Position numbers and translations under genes: made by a program. From Syntrophaceae bacterium (GTDB lineage Bacteria; Desulfobacterota; Syntrophia; Syntrophales; Smithellaceae): 59,938 bases of DNA. Numbering within the stretch: position 1 is the first letter of the stretch; each line of letters begins with the position of its first letter. Below are positions 59,076-59,938 of this stretch, in pieces. The notes beneath the pieces were generated by a model. The model made no database searches. It had not been told where the DNA came from and was given only the letters and a program-made list of their open reading frames with translations. The stretch is from the NCBI GenBank assembly GCA_003139775.1, contig PLGI01000116.1, positions 1-59,938 of the forward strand, written 5' to 3'.

Positions 59076-59091
59076 GACAAGATATATTGTC
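59076..59091. promoter_or_regulatory. Candidate TetR operator (imperfect palindrome)
   Basis: GACAAGAT|ATATTGTC forms 7 of 8 pairs. It lies in the 102-bp divergent region between the hydrolase and TetR genes. The direct repeat atattgtcag also occurs at 59041-59050 and 59083-59092. Confidence 0.45.
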
Positions 59092-59103
59092 AGAATTGTT
59101 TTT

Positions 59104-59748
59104 ATGAAAAAGAAAACAACCCAGAGCCGGATCTACGGTGGTGTCAAAGCAAACCTGAGAGAAGAGGAGCGGCGAAAAAAACTGATCGAAGCGGGGCTTG
59201 AGGCATTTGGAACCAGAGGCTACGCAAAGACCAATATCAAGATGATCTGTGGAGTTGCAGGCCTGACAGAACGTTATTTCTACGAGTCGTTCCGTCATAA
59301 GGAGGATTTGTTGTGTGCCGTATACAGAGAGCTGATCGACGAAGGGCAGCGCGATTCCATGGCAGCACTGGAAGACAGTGATGGTTTCCCCTTGGAAACA
59401 GCCTTGCGGGCGCTAAAGATGTTTTATCAACGGTTTCAGCAAGATCCCCGCAGGGCGCAGATACAGCTCTTTGAAATCCTAGGAGTTAGCCAGAATATAG
59501 ATAGGGAATACCAGAATGCCATGCGCTTGCTGGCCGACATGGTGAGGCTTTTCTTATGCAAAGTCTTTCCGCATATTCATGAAGAAATACTCAACAGGAG
59601 TATGATTCCGACCGGTCTGGCAGGTTCGATCATCATGATCGCCCATGAATGGGTACTCGGTGGTTTTATAACCCCCTTGGATGACATAATTTCCCAGTGC
59701 ACGGATCTTTTTGTAGCCGTGGGGAAACACATCGAATCCCGGTCCTGA
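59104..59748 (+). CDS. TetR/AcrR-family transcriptional regulator
   Basis: 214 aa from the ATG at 59104 (MKKKTTQ...). The N-terminal HTH is ...AGLEAFGTRGYAKTNIKMICGVAGLTERYFYESFRHKEDLL. Confidence 0.85.
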   Translation: MKKKTTQSRIYGGVKANLREEERRKKLIEAGLEAFGTRGYAKTNIKMICGVAGLTERYFYESFRHKEDLLCAVYRELIDEGQRDSMAALEDSDGFPLETALRALKMFYQRFQQDPRRAQIQLFEILGVSQNIDREYQNAMRLLADMVRLFLCKVFPHIHEEILNRSMIPTGLAGSIIMIAHEWVLGGFITPLDDIISQCTDLFVAVGKHIESRS

Positions 59749-59938
59749 CTGCAAAACCACCCATAATCTTGTTTCTCGGCAGGAAGCGACCTTATCCTGC
59801 AGCTTCTCGACAACGTTCCTGGACATCCCTCGCCTCTTGTCGTTCAACTCCGAGAAAGTGATTATTTCATTACCCTTTTTCAATCCATAATACTCAGTTA
59901 TTTTAAAACTGACGTTTGCGGACTTGTAGGGTATGCCG

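Noticed and set aside
59554-59883. 109-aa minus-strand ORF at the window end
   Set aside because: About 195 nt overlap the 3' part of the TetR gene in antisense. Only about 45 codons are unique. It has no recognisable motif and cannot be supported.

Overview
This window comes from a low-GC diderm bacterium. LptD, an outer-membrane beta-barrel protein and the gene order suggest a Deltaproteobacteria/Desulfobacterota-like anaerobe, but that is a guess. Layout: (1) a minus-strand leucine operon, leuA-leuC-leuD-leuB, plus a MetH activation-domain-like gene (205-5632). It appears to have a promoter, a Leu-rich leader ORF and a terminator upstream. (2) The conserved block tRNA(Thr-Tyr-Gly-Thr)-rpmG-tRNA(Trp)-secE-nusG-rplKAJL-rpoBC-rpsLG-tuf-S10/spc/alpha, ending at rplQ (6612-35684). 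fusA, adk and the tRNA-linked tuf copy are absent from their usual slots. (3) A phosphate module: phoB-like regulator, pstS, pstCAB, phoU, phoR (36308-43669). It is followed by an AhpD/CMD-like gene, a porin-like OMP, a PsiE-like membrane protein, a decayed histidine-kinase 3' fragment and a DUF169 gene. (4) A small AT-rich islet with a lone HEPN-like (RxxxxH) ORF (48244-48894). (5) folC, lptD (with an in-frame 186-bp tandem duplication) and a lapA-like gene. (6) From about 53.5 kb, a visibly more GC-rich minus-strand catabolic cluster: ADC-like, SDR, two tandem acyl-CoA dehydrogenases, an alpha/beta hydrolase, and a divergent TetR. The main structure the genes do not explain is a family of mosaic, hairpin-rich interspersed repeats. 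At least 11 patches occur in both orientations, in almost every long intergenic gap, including inside the leu and pst operons. Their stems show compensatory changes, and many loops carry GCGAAGC-type GAA mini-hairpins. The best candidates for something new are this repeat family (including an inverted pair bracketing pstCAB-phoU-phoR), the orphan HEPN-like islet, and the paired ACADs in which one partner lacks the canonical catalytic Glu. No CRISPR array, rRNA, transposase or integrase was seen. All calls rest on reading the sequence and ORF translations by eye; no database search was possible.
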